The position numbers and the translations under genes were made by a program. A stretch of DNA of 63,331 bases, filler included, from Octopus bimaculoides (lineage: Eukaryota), in the NCBI RefSeq assembly GCF_001194135.2. It is 4 parts of 4 records of this genome, joined end to end, with 100 filler letters (N's around TTAATTAATTAA, not from the genome) between each part and the next. Parts side by side here need not be neighbours in the genome. Positions count along the whole stretch, not along the records: positions 42,267 to 54,760 come from NC_069003.1; positions 54,861 to 63,331 come from NC_068987.1; 2 more parts are not named here. One strand, written 5' to 3'. Shown one piece after another: positions 49,773 to 63,331 of this stretch (positions within the stretch are counted from its first letter, which is position 1; each line of letters opens with the position of its first letter). The notes below the pieces were generated by a model. It saw only the letters and a program-made list of their open reading frames with translations, was not told the origin of the DNA and ran no database searches.

Positions 49773-51961
49773 NNNNNNNNNNNNNNNNNNNNNNNNNNNN
49801 NNNNNNNNNNNNNNNNNNNNNNNNNNNNNNNNNNNNNNNNNNNNNNNNNNNNNNNNNNNNNNNNNNNNNNNNNNNNNNNNNNNNNNNNNNNNNNNNNNNN
49901 NNNNNNNNNNNNNNNNNNNNNNNNNNNNNNNNNNNNNNNNNNNNNNNNNNNNNNNNNNNNNNNNNNNNNNNNNNNNNNNNNNNNNNNNNNNNNNNNNNNN
50001 NNNNNNNNNNNNNNNNNNNNNNNNNNNNNNNNNNNNNNNNNNNNNNNNNNNNNNNNNNNNNNNNNNNNNNNNNNNNNNNNNNNNNNNNNNNNNNNNNNNN
50101 NNNNNNNNNNNNNNNNNNNNNNNNNNNNNNNNNNNNNNNNNNNNNNNNNNNNNNNNNNNNNNNNNNNNNNNNNNNNNNNNNNNNNNNNNNNNNNNNNNNN
50201 NNNNNNNNNNNNNNNNNNNNNNNNNNNNNNNNNNNNNNNNNNNNNNNNNNNNNNNNNNNNNNNNNNNNNNNNNNNNNNNNNNNNNNNNNNNNNNNNNNNN
50301 NNNNNNNNNNNNNNNNNNNNNNNNNNNNNNNNNNNNNNNNAATACACTAAGTATACTATATAATCGCTTGCAGCTATGCTAAAGCTGTAAATAATCCCAT
50401 AGTTTCTAGTTTAAGAATAGCTCAATTTACGTCTTTTATGAGTTTACGCTTTTTTTTTTTTAATTAATGAAATGGATAAGCCTCAACTTCCATCGAACAT
50501 ATTTAAAGGCATATTTTTTTTTTTTTTAAAGAACCCTTAAAACCAATATGGAAGTGCAAAATCAAATGAAATACGTGTAAAAATGTTTTTTTCCGAAACT
50601 GATATGAGGGGATTACTTTTTCGATGTATTTTTTTTTTCAATGTATTTCTTTTTTGTGCGTGTTACGTCGTTTTTCGAGTTAAGTCGCATTTTTTAACCA
50701 ATTATATAAGATGAGGTAAGCCTGTATTCCGTAAGTAACCAATACGCCACCCTCTATTGTGGCATCGTGTAATTTCAAAGAACATATCATTGCGTTACAT
50801 AACTATATAAGATTATATTTAAAATTCTTTGATTCAAACCTATAATTTGCAAAGATATAACTTAGTTTTTCGATTACAAATTTGATTTTCAAGTATTGTG
50901 ACCTGAAATCATAGGTTGACTCCAATAGGCTTCATTAATCATGATTCTTCCCAACGTTTATCTGCTTATTAACTCTTACAACGTTCCGGTAGATTCAAGC
51001 GCAAACATGTTTGTCGCTGTTATTTATGTCACAAGAGAACAATCTTTCCCTTTCATGACAACAGTGTGTTCACAATACACTCGGTTCCTTGGCCCAATAA
51101 CATTCTGAAATACCGGTGTTTCGACATGTATCTCGTCAGCCAACAATAACACCCGCACTTTTGAAACTAAATAAGCCACTGGTTTTTTTTTTGGGGGGGG
51201 GGGGGTATTTTTTTTACAGTTTCAGCAAAAGAAACTGTTTTTGTGGTCAGTACTTATGACAACTGATAAAATAATCAATTTTTGCAGTGTACAGCGAGAT
51301 ATAAAACGATTATGTGCATGTTAATTCTTAATACTCTTCGACATTTTGAAACACGAATATGCTGCGCGCTGTTGTGTAGGTTACAAGACAGCAACTTCTC
51401 TCTTTTACGACGATAATGTGTTCATAACCCACTGTGCTCATTAACACAGTTCTTCAGGCAACTTGAAATCGGGGCAACTAACTCATTTGTTGCATAAGTG
51501 AAAAGCAGAACGTCACTTGGTAGCTACAGAAGAAATATTTAAGTGTTACAATAATGAGAAATCCGAGTCCACAAATAAAGCGGAAAATGCCAATATTTAT
51601 TGCAGAAGTTCAGTTGTATAATGGCGTCTTTCAACTATTTCCTTGTCATCTGTAGATCTGTCAAAGCGTGCTGAAACGCAAAACCAGACCATCATCTCCT
51701 TGGGACAGTACTGTAACTAAAGCGGAAAAAAAACTGAAAAGAAAGAAGTTTGCAGTGGTTTCGCCTAGAAGACACCAACAGGTGCTAAACACTGCAGCAG
51801 GTAAAATATGTCGAAGAACAATAAAGCGTATTTCAAATATCAGTAGTGGAAAGTGCCAAAGCAATGATCGGAAGAAGAGGCACTAAACTATGATAAAAAT
51901 ATATAAGTTATGGACCCATGTGTCTCCTGGATGCGGCAACCATATTATTATTATTATTTAT

Positions 51962-52017
<56 letters not shown>

Positions 52018-52029
52018 GTAGTAGTAGTA

Positions 52030-52690
52030 GTAGTTGTTGTAGTAGTAGTATAGTCGGGTTCTAATCCGAGCCAGTGCAATAAAGTGCACCACCCGCCACA
52101 CTTATTGGTCCATAATCACTGCCATGAGGTCTTAGGGGTGCATTCAGGGCAGTTTCCGCAATCCAGTTGTTGATGCAAATTTGATGATGTTTGCGTCTTC
52201 TTATAACACCATGAAATGGGTCCCACAAGACTAATTTGGATGCTTCCAGCACAGGGTGGCGCACCAGATAGTCGCAGCCGTCTTTGCTTGTTCTTCTCGA
52301 TTACTTTCGGCTAGTTTCCCTAAAGGCATTCATCTGTCATATATTGCTGCCATTTCACATGTAGTGTCATTCTAGAATTCTTGTGTATCATCCATTTAAC
52401 CTGTCTGATAATTTCTTTTTCGGTGTCCATGTTTATGTTTCACCACCAAAGAATAGCACTCATTCAACATTTGAAATGAGCAACTTGATTTTGATTTTCC
52501 TCGGCAATTTGGAGTACCAGACATTCTTTAGTTTGTGACAAGCTACCCATATTTATGTCTTCCTGATCTTGATGTCTGCTTCCGAACTGTTCACTACCAA
52601 GTACATGAATTCTTCAGCAACATTCAACTTGGAACCACTCAAATCGAGCATCACTTGATGAGTTAAAAGACATGACATCTACCTTAAGGT
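52030..52690 (-). mobile_element. RTE-clade LINE 3' fragment (RT C-terminal region), decayed, with trinucleotide tail
   Basis: Minus-strand broken translation: LNVAEEFMYLG..EADIKIRK..WVACHKLKNVWYSKLPRKIKIKLLISNVE*VLFFGGET..LSDRLNG*YTRIL..WQQYMTDECL*GN*PKV..RRLRLSG..RHPVLEASKLVLWDPFHG. It adjoins a TAC/TAG microsatellite at 51960-52050. Confidence 0.85.
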
Positions 52691-52951
52691 AACACAGGTC
52701 ATAACTTACAGCTTGGGGCGGGGAATTGACGAATTGGTTCAAGGAAAAATTGAAAGGTAGCTGACAGTAGCGTTCTTGAATTTGTTAGGTTTTTCATCTT
52801 TAGAAGCTAACTCAGCTCCATGTTAACCATGAAATATTTGTACAATGTCGTGGTGACCCGTGCTAGAACAATTGACAACTCTAAAATACTTAAAAGAATT
52901 ACGCAAAAAGAAATGAGAAGAATATATTTATCGACTTTGCTAAAAATAATA

Positions 52952-53170
52952 TTCTTTCTACTTTTGGCACAATGTCAGTAATTTTTTGAGGTTCGGAGAA
53001 AGTTGATTATATTAACCGTGGTACTCATCTGGTATTTATTTTATCGACCGCAAGAGTAAGAGAGATAAAATCGACAGTAGCGGCATTTGAAGTCAGAACG
53101 TAAAGATCCGGAAGGAATGCCGCTAAACATTTTGTCCGATGTGGTAATGATTCTGCCAGATTGCCGCCTT
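52952..53170 (-). mobile_element. SINE family A copy
   Basis: tctggtatttattttatcgacc..gcggcatttgaagtcagaacgtaaag..aaacattttgtccgatgtggtaatgattctgccagattgccgcc. Confidence 0.8.
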
Positions 53171-53546
53171 TGCTAAAAATTGTATTGAAAAAAAAAACTA
53201 TCATGCAGACAGAACTTAGGTAATACTGACTGCAGAAATTACTGGGTTTAACCACTGAATGATCTAAAACCGTTATTGAAAAACTAAAATGAAAACAAAT
53301 TGGAAGCAGTTTCATGATCTTTTGCAACCCAACGCAAAGCGCCCGAAACACTCTGCCTTTCTACCATCTTTTCCTTTTCTACCTTCGATGGATCATCAGT
53401 AATGATTTTACCTAGGTTTCCTTTGATTCTATCCAAAACAACTTGTCAGTTTTGTTTATCAAGCATGATTCAATCCGCTGCAGTAGATTTTCTACGTGTT
53501 CCGATGTTGATGTGTTTTTTCAGCTGTAAACTTTAGCCGATTCTGT

Positions 53547-54124
53547 CAAAAGAATTGCTGAAATCAAAATAAATGACATTCGTGTTACAATTCTCACTCA
53601 GAGTATTGGAAAGTTGTGTTAAGCAGTCTCTGCCACCACAAAACGTTTCTGGCAGGAATTTAGGGAAGTGTTCCTCTCTGGGGAGTCATTTGTTTTCCTT
53701 TACGCATGCTCTGAAATGTTTGAATAATAGGAGAGGTAAGTGAGATCAGATAGAAATTTACTTCAAATCACTTATTTTGAAAATTCGGATGACAGATGGA
53801 GAGAGAAACTGTTTAGGTATATAACCAACGNNNNNNNNNNCAAAAGAATTGCTGAAATCAAAATAAATGACATTCGTGTTACAATTCTCACTCAGAGTAT
53901 TGGAAAGTTGTGTTAAGCAGTCTCTGCCACCACAAAACGTTTCTGGCAGGAATTTAGGGAAGTGTTCCTCTCTGGGGAGTCATTTGTTTTCCTTTACGCA
54001 TGCTCTGAAATGTTTGAATAATAGGAGAGGTAAGTGAGATCAGATAGAAATTTACTTCAAATCACTTATTTTGAAAATTCGGATGACAGATGGAGAGAGA
54101 AACTGTTTAGGTATATAACCAACG
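53547..54124. other. Duplicated contig end (284 bp x2 across a 10-N gap), probable assembly artefact
   Basis: 53547-53830 appears identical to 53841-54124. Confidence 0.9.
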
Positions 54125-54760
54125 TCCAATCATTCAATCCTATTAGCCACAGGAAATTCAAATTTATGAAAGTGTACTTTTTATGAAAGTCCCTGATGAA
54201 TTGTGTTTAATTTCATTTGTTATCGCTGAGATGTTAGGTACCTAGCCAAACAACTAACATTAAAGAAGTGAAACTGAACCAGCGCGCGTGTTTATTATTA
54301 TTAATGACGATATGATCATCAGAAAATAGGGTAAGATATGTTTCAAGACACGAGTTCACATCAAGAATCTTGCAAACCAAATGCAAAAATGAAATATAAA
54401 CATTGTTTATTACAGGCATAACAGCCCTCTCGAGATACAACAACAAAATATAATAATGTGTCTGCTAGAGTATAGTTAACGGTGCATTACTTGAATATGT
54501 GCGTCGGTTCCTGGGAACCGTTTGAAGACATAGCTATTGGAATAGTTCCTTGTACAGAGAATAGAGGCGAAATCGGAATTCAATTTTGCCTGAGAAGGAG
54601 GTGTTGTATGCAGCGAGTCTTGGTGGGTTTCAGTAATATTTCATTTGCTGTGTTTCGGGTAGAAAAGAGAGAAGGTGTGGGTGGAGAGGGAAACGGTAGT
54701 TTAAAGCGGTGCTATTTATATCTGTTCGTGTCAAAACAAAATTTACTATTCCATAAATAT

Positions 54761-54860
54761 NNNNNNNNNNNNNNNNNNNNNNNNNNNNNNNNNNNNNNNN
54801 NNNNTTAATTAATTAANNNNNNNNNNNNNNNNNNNNNNNNNNNNNNNNNNNNNNNNNNNN
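54761..54860. other. Artificial scaffold join: 44 N + TTAATTAATTAA + 44 N
   Basis: Linker at 54805-54816. Confidence 0.95.
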
Positions 54861-55275
54861 ATATATATATATATATATATATATATACACGCACACACAC
54901 TCACATAAATACACATAAACTCCTCAAATGCAAAAGACCAATCACTCGAGAGACTCCTAACAAATTCAAAACTATACTCAATGCATACTATACCAATAGT
55001 TAAAAAATACAGACGACCTAATTGTAGTATATGCCCATCTCTTTCTTTAGGACCAATATGCTAACACATAAAAACAAAGAAATGTAAAGGTAATCACGGA
55101 GACACACACACGTTTCTGCCTGAATGTATGCGTGTGTGTGTGTACAACGAGGTTTTTGCCTACAGTTCACGTTTATCAAATTTCTACCGCAATATATCAG
55201 TCGACTGAAGGCCGTTATACATCAAACATGCCCAAAGGGTCAGGCAGTATGATCGAAGACGATACCACGTAATTT

Positions 55276-55307
<32 letters not shown>

Positions 55308-56290
55308 ATATAATATAGGATAAATTCTTTATAAGAATTTATCAAGTAGTCAGCGTGAAAAAACCTCATAATGAAAAAATAACGAAAAATTTCGTAATGA
55401 AAAGATTCATCGTTTCTCCATAGATATATTTAAATATATATAAAAAGGGCATTAACTGTGTATTAATACCTCACGCTATCGAGGGACTAAATAAGTCAAA
55501 AAACTACCAAAAATAAGTAACATATTTACCGAAAGCGAGGGAATGCAACTTTTCAAATTTTATCTCTTAAAAACATTTAACTCAACGGTAGACCACTGGT
55601 TTCTCAATCAAATACAGAAAAAANNNNNNNNNNNNNNNNNNNNNNNNNNNNNNNNNNNNNNNNNNNNNNNNNNNNNNNNNNNNNNNNNNNNNNNNNNNNN
55701 NNNNNNNNNNNNNNNNNNNNNNNNNNNNNNNNNNNNNNNNNNNNNNNNNNNNNNNNNNNNNNNNNNNNNNNNNNNNNNNNNNNNNNNNNNNNNNNNNNNN
55801 NNNNNNNNNNNNNNNNNNNNNNNNNNNNNNNNNNNNNNNNNNNNNNNNNNNNNNNNNNNNNNNNNNNNNNNNNNNNNNNNNNNNNNNNNNNNNNNNNNNN
55901 NNNNNNNNNNNNNNNNNNNNNNNNNNNNNNNNNNNNNNNNNNNNNNNNNNNNNNNNNNNNNNNNNNNNNNNNNNNNNNNNNNNNNNNNNNNNNNNNNNNN
56001 NNNNNNNNNNNNNNNNNNNNNNNNNNNNNNNNNNNNNNNNNNNNNNNNNNNNNNNNNNNNNNNNNNNNNNNNNNNNNNNNNNNNNNNNNNNNNNNNNNNN
56101 NNNNNNNNNNNNNNNNNNNNNNNNNNNNNNNNNNNNNNNNNNNNNNNNNNNNNNNNNNNNNNNNNNNNNNNNNNNNNNNNNNNNNNNNNNNNNNNNNNNN
56201 NNNNNNNNNNNNNNNNNNNNNNNNNNNNNNNNNNNNNNNNNNNNNNNNNNNNNNNNNNNNNNNNNNNNNNNNNNNNNNNNNNNNNNNNNN

Positions 56291-56323
<33 letters not shown>

Positions 56324-57096
56324 TATAATATAGACATACATACCTACACATACATACAAGCATACATACATGCATACATACATAAACACACATATACTCT
56401 CCTTTCATTCTCAGCAGCATAAGCTGAATTTCAAACACATATGAGATTAAATACCAGTAATATATTGGTAATGTTTCAACACATTAAATACAGTCACTAA
56501 AGAAAAATTCGCTTTGCACTTGGCCAAATGAAATGAATGTAATATAAACGACACTAAGACTACATTAAACAAGATTTCCACTCATGGTTTGCTGTTCTGC
56601 TATTTTTTTCTTTCTTTCCTATTAGAGCGATTTTAAACACACTTATTCACATATTCATACGCTTGGACAAACAATCCTTCTGGTCAAAGGACACTACCAG
56701 TATCTAAATGATAGTCAAATGCTATTCATTTATATATTTATTTTAACCTCATCAAAAATTCTATAAAAAAGACATGCAGAATAGATAAATCGAAGCCATT
56801 TTTTTTTTCGTGTGTGCCCTGATGATTTGTACTAAAAAAAACAACAATGTAAAGAATCAGTTCTTATCTCCCTTTTCCACGACGTTGAACAGAAAAGGAA
56901 CAAGTGTCCCCCGTGGATAGAAAGTTAACCAGGGCAGCTTATCTCCTCACATACTCTAGCAACTAATCTCCCGTTCGATGTATTGAAAGACGGATGTATT
57001 AAATGTACAACAACTAAAAAAAAAATAAGAATGTCAAAACAAAAAATAGCTCCATCCGAGGATATAAAATAGGCATTACATTATGTCCTAAAGCAC

Positions 57097-57174
57097 GATA
57101 TTATAGTGATACGAACAAAACCATAAGGGAAAAAAACAAACAGAACAGTGCAGCAGACGGCGTCGTCAGAAAAC

Positions 57175-57215
<41 letters not shown>

Positions 57216-58060
57216 AATGCTGTTGTTTCATTTGTTATCGTACTCATGTAATAGTTTCAGTAGACGTATAATTAACATGGTGTGTTTTTTTTTAATTTTG
57301 TATTCCCTTCGCGTATCTAACGTACCAATGCAATGCGTATCATCTTGATTCAAACTAGAAGCTGAGAGTTAACCACTGCATAAACGTTAACATCTTACGC
57401 AGCTGGCGACAGCAATTTTAATAAAAACATTACACTATGAAACATTTCCACCCCTAGGGGTCAGCCACACTTAAGTGGCAATATACTACACTTTATATAT
57501 ATATATATNNNNNNNNNNNNNNNNNNNNNNNNNNNNNNNNNNNNNNNNNNNNNNNNNNNNNNNNNNNNNNNNNNNNNNNNNNNNNNNNNNNNNNNNNNNN
57601 NNNNNNNNNNNNNNNNNNNNNNNNNNNNNNNNNNNNNNNNNNNNNNNNNNNNNNNNNNNNNNNNNNNNNNNNNNNNNNNNNNNNNNNNNNNNNNNNNNNN
57701 NNNNNNNNNNNNNNNNNNNNNNNNNNNNNNNNNNNNNNNNNNNNNNNNNNNNNNNNNNNNNNNNNNNNNNNNNNNNNNNNNNNNNNNNNNNNNNNNNNNN
57801 NNNNNNNNNNNNNNNNNNNNNNNNNNNNNNTATATATATATATATATATATATAGATAGATACATACATACATACATACATACATACATACATACATACA
57901 TACATACATGCATATATACATGCATATATACAGACATATATACATAAATACATACATATACACACATATCTATATACGTCCTGCAGAAAGATGTTATAGT
58001 GATACAAGCAAAAGAAAAAAGATAAAACAAAGAACAGCGCAGTGGACGCCATCGTCAGAA

Positions 58061-58120
<60 letters not shown>
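57097..58120 (+). repeat. Old local direct duplication (57097-57214 and 57990-58120), each ending in (TAG)n
   Basis: gatattatagtgatac..aaaacaaacagaacagtgcagcagacggcgtcgtcagaaaac(tag)n versus gatgttatagtgatac..aaaacaaagaacagcgcagtggacgccatcgtcagaa(tag)n. Confidence 0.75.
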
Positions 58121-58122
<2 letters not shown>

Positions 58123-59437
58123 CCAGCAGTAGATCACAAAATGACGTACAGTATTGACAAGCTCCAAATAGGGCGGAATGCTACTGTCTTTATCGTGAGT
58201 CACTGCTGCAACGATATTCGCCTTGCTCCGATATATTGTGGTTAAAAACTTCAACATTGATGCGTTTCAAATCACTGTATACTTTTAGTATGAAACACAG
58301 ATGGCGATAGTGTTATATATTTTCAATAATTTTAGAGACTCATGTAAAGCAAAAAAAAAAAAAAAAGAAACAGACAAAGCCTGTTGATCAAAAATACGAA
58401 ACGTTATAGGAACTTGTAACCTTAAACACGAGGATAAATTACTTATTCACTCCGAGATTTCTTTACCACGGATGTGATAGAAATAAAGTTTTAACATCCA
58501 GCACGATAAACAATTCATACAGTTTGGGGCAAATTGTTGTGACATGGTTTCAGTTGAGGGTTGCAAAGAGACACAAGGCTGGAAAATTATTTCTATGTGA
58601 GTTTTCTATAAAATATCCCTTTCATAGAAATGGCTGCAAGAATTCATCAGTAAAAGATGCAGAAAAAGCTAACGATAATTTCAAGCTTCTGTTCTAGAAA
58701 AATGAAAGATTTTAGTTTTTCTCTTTTTATTTTAATTTTTCTTTATCATTTCGTACCGACGACTAAAACTGCTTTGTCTTATCGTCTTCCTTTTGGCGGT
58801 AAGTTTTGTCACATTCTTCTAGTTAAACATAGAACTATGACATTCGTACAAAGATACTTGGAAAGGCTAAGCAGGCATGCGTACATGCATCTGTTTACTC
58901 CAGTGAATATGTGTGTGTGTGTGTGTGTGTGTGTGTAATGCTGGGGGACAGCGTTGTGCATTCATGGAGATCGCGGACACTAGGAAATATATTATATAAG
59001 AACAGAATACAACAGAACAACAAAACAAAGTTAAAGAGGAACAGAATAGCAGAATAACAGAATAAGTGAATAAACGAAGATTATATTGTTCAGTAACTAC
59101 ACAGAAAACTGCTGTGAATAAAAGACTAAAATGGTATTGAAAAAAATCATCCACCTAGAAAGGACCATTACTTCATGCAGGTTTTCAAAATTGATACCTG
59201 ATTAATCTACACGCAATTTCAGAAAAGCGTTTTTATTTCGCTAAAATAGAAAATATTACTCATCAATTTTGGACATTCACATATCACTGTATCTGACAAC
59301 TGCCAAAAGGCATCCAATCAAATGTAGTTTCCAACTATAAGAATTTCCAAAGTTTTACTTTACCCTACGCTGCATGTTTAATGTGCGGAGACATATATGT
59401 ATATGTATATGTGTGTGTGAGTGAGAGAGAGTGTGTG

Positions 59438-59526
<89 letters not shown>

Positions 59527-60572
59527 NNNNNNNNNNNNNNNNNNNNNNNNNNNNNNNNNNNNNNNNNNNNNNNNNNNNNNNNNNNNNNNNNNNNNNNNNN
59601 NNNNNNNNNNNNNNNNNNNNNNNNNNNNNNNNNNNNNNNNNNNNNNNNNNNNNNNNNNNNNNNNNNNNNNNNNNNNNNNNNNNNNNNNNNNNNNNNNNNN
59701 NNNNNNNNNNNNNNNNNNNNNNNNNNNNNNNNNNNNNNNNNNNNNNNNNNNNNNNNNNNNNNNNNNNNNNNNNNNNNNNNNNNNNNNNNNNNNNNNNNNN
59801 NNNNNNNNNNNNNNNNNNNNNNNNNNNNNNNNNNNNNNNNNNNNNNNNNNNNNNNNNNNNNNNNNNNNNNNNNNNNNNNNNNNNNNNNNNNNNNNNNNNN
59901 NNNNNNNNNNNNNNNNNNNNNNNNNNNNNNNNNNNNNNNNNNNNNNNNNNNNNNNNNNNNNNNNNNNNNNNNNNNNNNNNNNNNNNNCTGTATGGTAACG
60001 TAGTATCCGCCTGCTGCGCAAATAAGATTACGACGATTCTTTCTTTGGCCGACAGCTACTAATTGGTACATTTCCTCTATAGGTTTCATTGGAAACTATT
60101 CTTAGTTACATATACACTTGCATATTCATATACGTTCGTATATTCAAGGTTACACCTCACGCAAATGTATATATGCGTCCACATACATGTACAAATTTAT
60201 AAAGACACTGTAACATCATAAGTGCATAGAAAAATGCATATATGTATGTATGTATGCATGTATATATGTATGTATGTATGTATATGCATTATGCATCTAT
60301 CTATACATATATGACTATATATATTTATATATATATAAATAGGTAGATATATGCATGCATACATACATACATACACACATACATAAATACACACACACAA
60401 ACACACATATATATGTATTCATATAGATACTTACGTATACTTACATAAATATGTGTGTAGATATATGCATATGTATAAAATATAAGTATATATCTATATT
60501 TATCTATCTACTTACCTATATATGTGTGTGTGTGCGTGCGTGTGTGTGTTTACTACTTATATTTATCTATCT

Positions 60573-60625
<53 letters not shown>

Positions 60626-60635
60626 NNNNNNNNNN

Positions 60636-60684
<49 letters not shown>

Positions 60685-61018
60685 ATTTCGAATATTAAGT
60701 TTGATTCCTTGCGGAAATTTCTATCTTGCCATTTTCTTTGGTTTCATCCATTATGTGGAGTGTGTTCACGAGGCACGAGACACAGTATTCCGCCTGCGAC
60801 TGTTGTTCGTCAGGGAATGTGCATGCTATGACTTAAGGCGCACGCGTACGAATATTATTGAGTTAGTAGCTCAAGTCCATTTATTTATTTTTTTTCTCTT
60901 GGTTCTTCGTTTCTATACATTTTGCTATCGTTCAGTTTGTGTAAGGGAAATAAGCGGTTGAAATTCCTACAGTCAACTATACGGAGACAGTAATCATTTT
61001 AACAATAATAACAATAAT

Positions 61019-61229
61019 AATCCTTTCTACTAATATCACAAAACCTGAAATTGTTGTGGGGGGGGGCGGTATAATCGAATACATCTTCTCCAGTACTGAT
61101 ACTTTTTTTTATCGATCTCGAAAGGATGAAAGGCAAAGTCGACCTCGGCGAAATTTTGAACGACAGACGAAATACTGCTAAGCATTTTGTTCGGACGGTG
61201 ATCTAACGATTCTACCAGCTTGCAGCCTT
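61019..61229 (-). mobile_element. SINE family A copy (another partial copy at ~61765-61900)
   Basis: atcgatctcgaaaggatgaaaggcaaagtcgacctcggcgaaattttgaac..ctaagcattttgttcggacgg..ctaacgattctaccagcttgcagcc. Confidence 0.85.
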
Positions 61230-61240
61230 AATAATAATAA

Positions 61241-61279
<39 letters not shown>

Positions 61280-61284
61280 TGATG

Positions 61285-61342
<58 letters not shown>

Positions 61343-61362
61343 TAATAATAATGATAATAATG

Positions 61363-61408
<46 letters not shown>

Positions 61409-61413
61409 GGATA

Positions 61414-61458
<45 letters not shown>

Positions 61459-63259
61459 GTGATGATTTTTTTATTACCCACAAACGATTTACATTAATAA
61501 AATCATTGTGGACAGCACAGGGCAAGACATGAAAGTCGTTTAAATAAAGAAAAACAATCGATTGTAACAACAACAAAATTCCCCAAAAGGGAGACACCTC
61601 CTAGGACTGCTCATGGAAACCTCACAAATCCACGATAGTTCCGACTACCAAGGTAAGTACTCTCTTCAATCTGTCCACGGGCGCATGCTTAGAGTACGCT
61701 CATTTACTCGAGTTATTCTTTCGGCATTTACTCACTTTTTACCAAAATTAGAATAATAATAATAATTTTTTCTATTATAGACACAAGGCTTGAAACTTTG
61801 GGAGAGGGTGATATAGTCAATTACTGCGATACCAGTGCTAAACTGCTACTTGTTTTATCGACCCCGAAAGGATGAAAGGCAACGTTGACCTCCGCGGAGA
61901 GCTATGCCAGTTGAACGCAAGCTCCTACCATTGCATTCCTTGCTCAACAGGTCAAAGGACAGAGGCTAGGCTGATATGGAAACTCGCTTTCAGAGATAAA
62001 AAGTGGGATTGCGTAGGGTCTAAATATCTACCTAGAAAATGGCAGACTTACAGAAGCATTGACGATAATTGTTTCTTCCCACTCGTTTTGTTTTCTGTTG
62101 ACTTTTCTTCCAGACACATTTTGCTTTTGCTTTTTTTTTTAAATACTTTTCTTTTTAATTTTCATTTTTCACATTTGTATCTCCCTCGACATTTTGTACA
62201 CATTCCTTTGTATACCATTCCTTTTCTACCTACAAGACGAAGGAATGGTTATAAGGGTCGCCACTCTTAAGAGAGGAACTGTCTACTTGCTTGCTTCTAA
62301 GACTGATCATAAAGTGATATCACTCGCCATTTCCAGAGATTTGACTGAGGTTGCTCTACAAACTGGAGGCTTGTTGCCCATGCTGCAGCCGGTCTTCATT
62401 GCTCCTCTTTCTGGTTTCCTTGACTAAATTTTCTAGTTCTTCAGTACAAAATCTCTGATGTGGTTGCTTCTAATACAGCTGTAGCTAATACACTATTTGC
62501 CATTGTACTCAATTTGAAACCAATGACATACTCGTTAATCGTTCTGTGTTGATACTGCTGCTGCTTTTGTTGTCATAGTTTACAGTAGAACTGACTAACG
62601 ATTCGTTGACTTGCTGCAAGGATTAGAATATTGGCGTAGCTCTCAGCGATATCCCACAAGCTTTTTTTCATTCTTTCCTTTGATTCCCAGATAGAAACAA
62701 ATAGGAAATAATACTTACGAACTAAAGACAAAACAATAAAAAGTTCACTGTGTAATCGTTATGGTCCCAAGTCAGAATAACGAAGACGAGGCAGTAAAAT
62801 GAAGTTTTATAACTTAAAAGCATATCGAACATATACCTCAGGCTTGGGGTGCCGAGAGATTTTAATCAACATATAGTGCTAGCATCAAATATATTTCGTA
62901 GTTACATAAGCTAATAACCTTGTATTAAAAAAATACAACCACCCAGCAACATATTTTCTATGAAATTACATATAAGACAGTTAGCTAAACATTCACCATG
63001 CATAACATATTTGAAATGACAATACGCAAGCAATAGACTTACATTCCAGCATTCATAATATGAAGTTCAGATTTGTATACGAAGTAATTTCAATCCAAGA
63101 ACAGGAAGAGAAGCAGATTTAGTAATTATTCATCTGTATGAAAAAGGTTAAGAGTTGATGCAATCCAGTTGCTGCGTATCAGAATAACTTTGGATTCATA
63201 CAACAATAACTACTGACGCTGTTATCAATTATAGAATAGATATACGTATGCGCGCGCAC

Positions 63260-63331
<72 letters not shown>

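Noticed and set aside
51656-51721. Insulin-like A-chain end (..LSKR..SLGQYCN*)
   Set aside because: It lacks the CC-x3-C cysteine pattern of insulin-family A chains; probably coincidental.
53547-54124. 284-bp exact tandem duplication
   Set aside because: The copies are identical and separated by a 10-N gap, the signature of an unmerged contig overlap.
61900-62700. Unique region with 132-aa and 77-aa ORFs
   Set aside because: Low-complexity F/L-rich translation with no recognisable protein or transposon motif.

Overview
AT-rich, microsatellite-saturated eukaryotic genomic DNA from a draft scaffold with about 23 N-gaps. The repeat repertoire matches what I recall of octopus genomes (probably Octopus bimaculoides); this is inference, not a database result. 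I find no intact protein-coding gene: the long ORFs in the track are read-throughs of microsatellites or N-gaps. Supported content: (1) about 30 full or partial copies of one ~200-nt SINE family, plus three other tRNA-type SINE families, some with clear target-site duplications; (2) decayed relics of a gag-like LINE ORF1, an R4/Dong-like RT, a CR1/L2 3' end, an RTE 3' end, an RTE-like 5' end and a Tc1/mariner (DD37D/maT-like) transposase; (3) a degenerate tRNA-Phe; (4) several fold-back elements; (5) assembly artefacts (six-frame-stop linkers, duplicated contig ends). Most interesting: minimal Penelope-type hammerhead ribozyme motifs, including an inverted pair with one intact core (7441-7856); a decayed multi-exon Gly-X-Y (collagen-like) pseudogene near 35.2-36.3 kb; and two independent insertions of one SINE subfamily at the same nucleotide of other SINE copies. 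Coordinates of degraded repeats are approximate and all alignments were done by eye.
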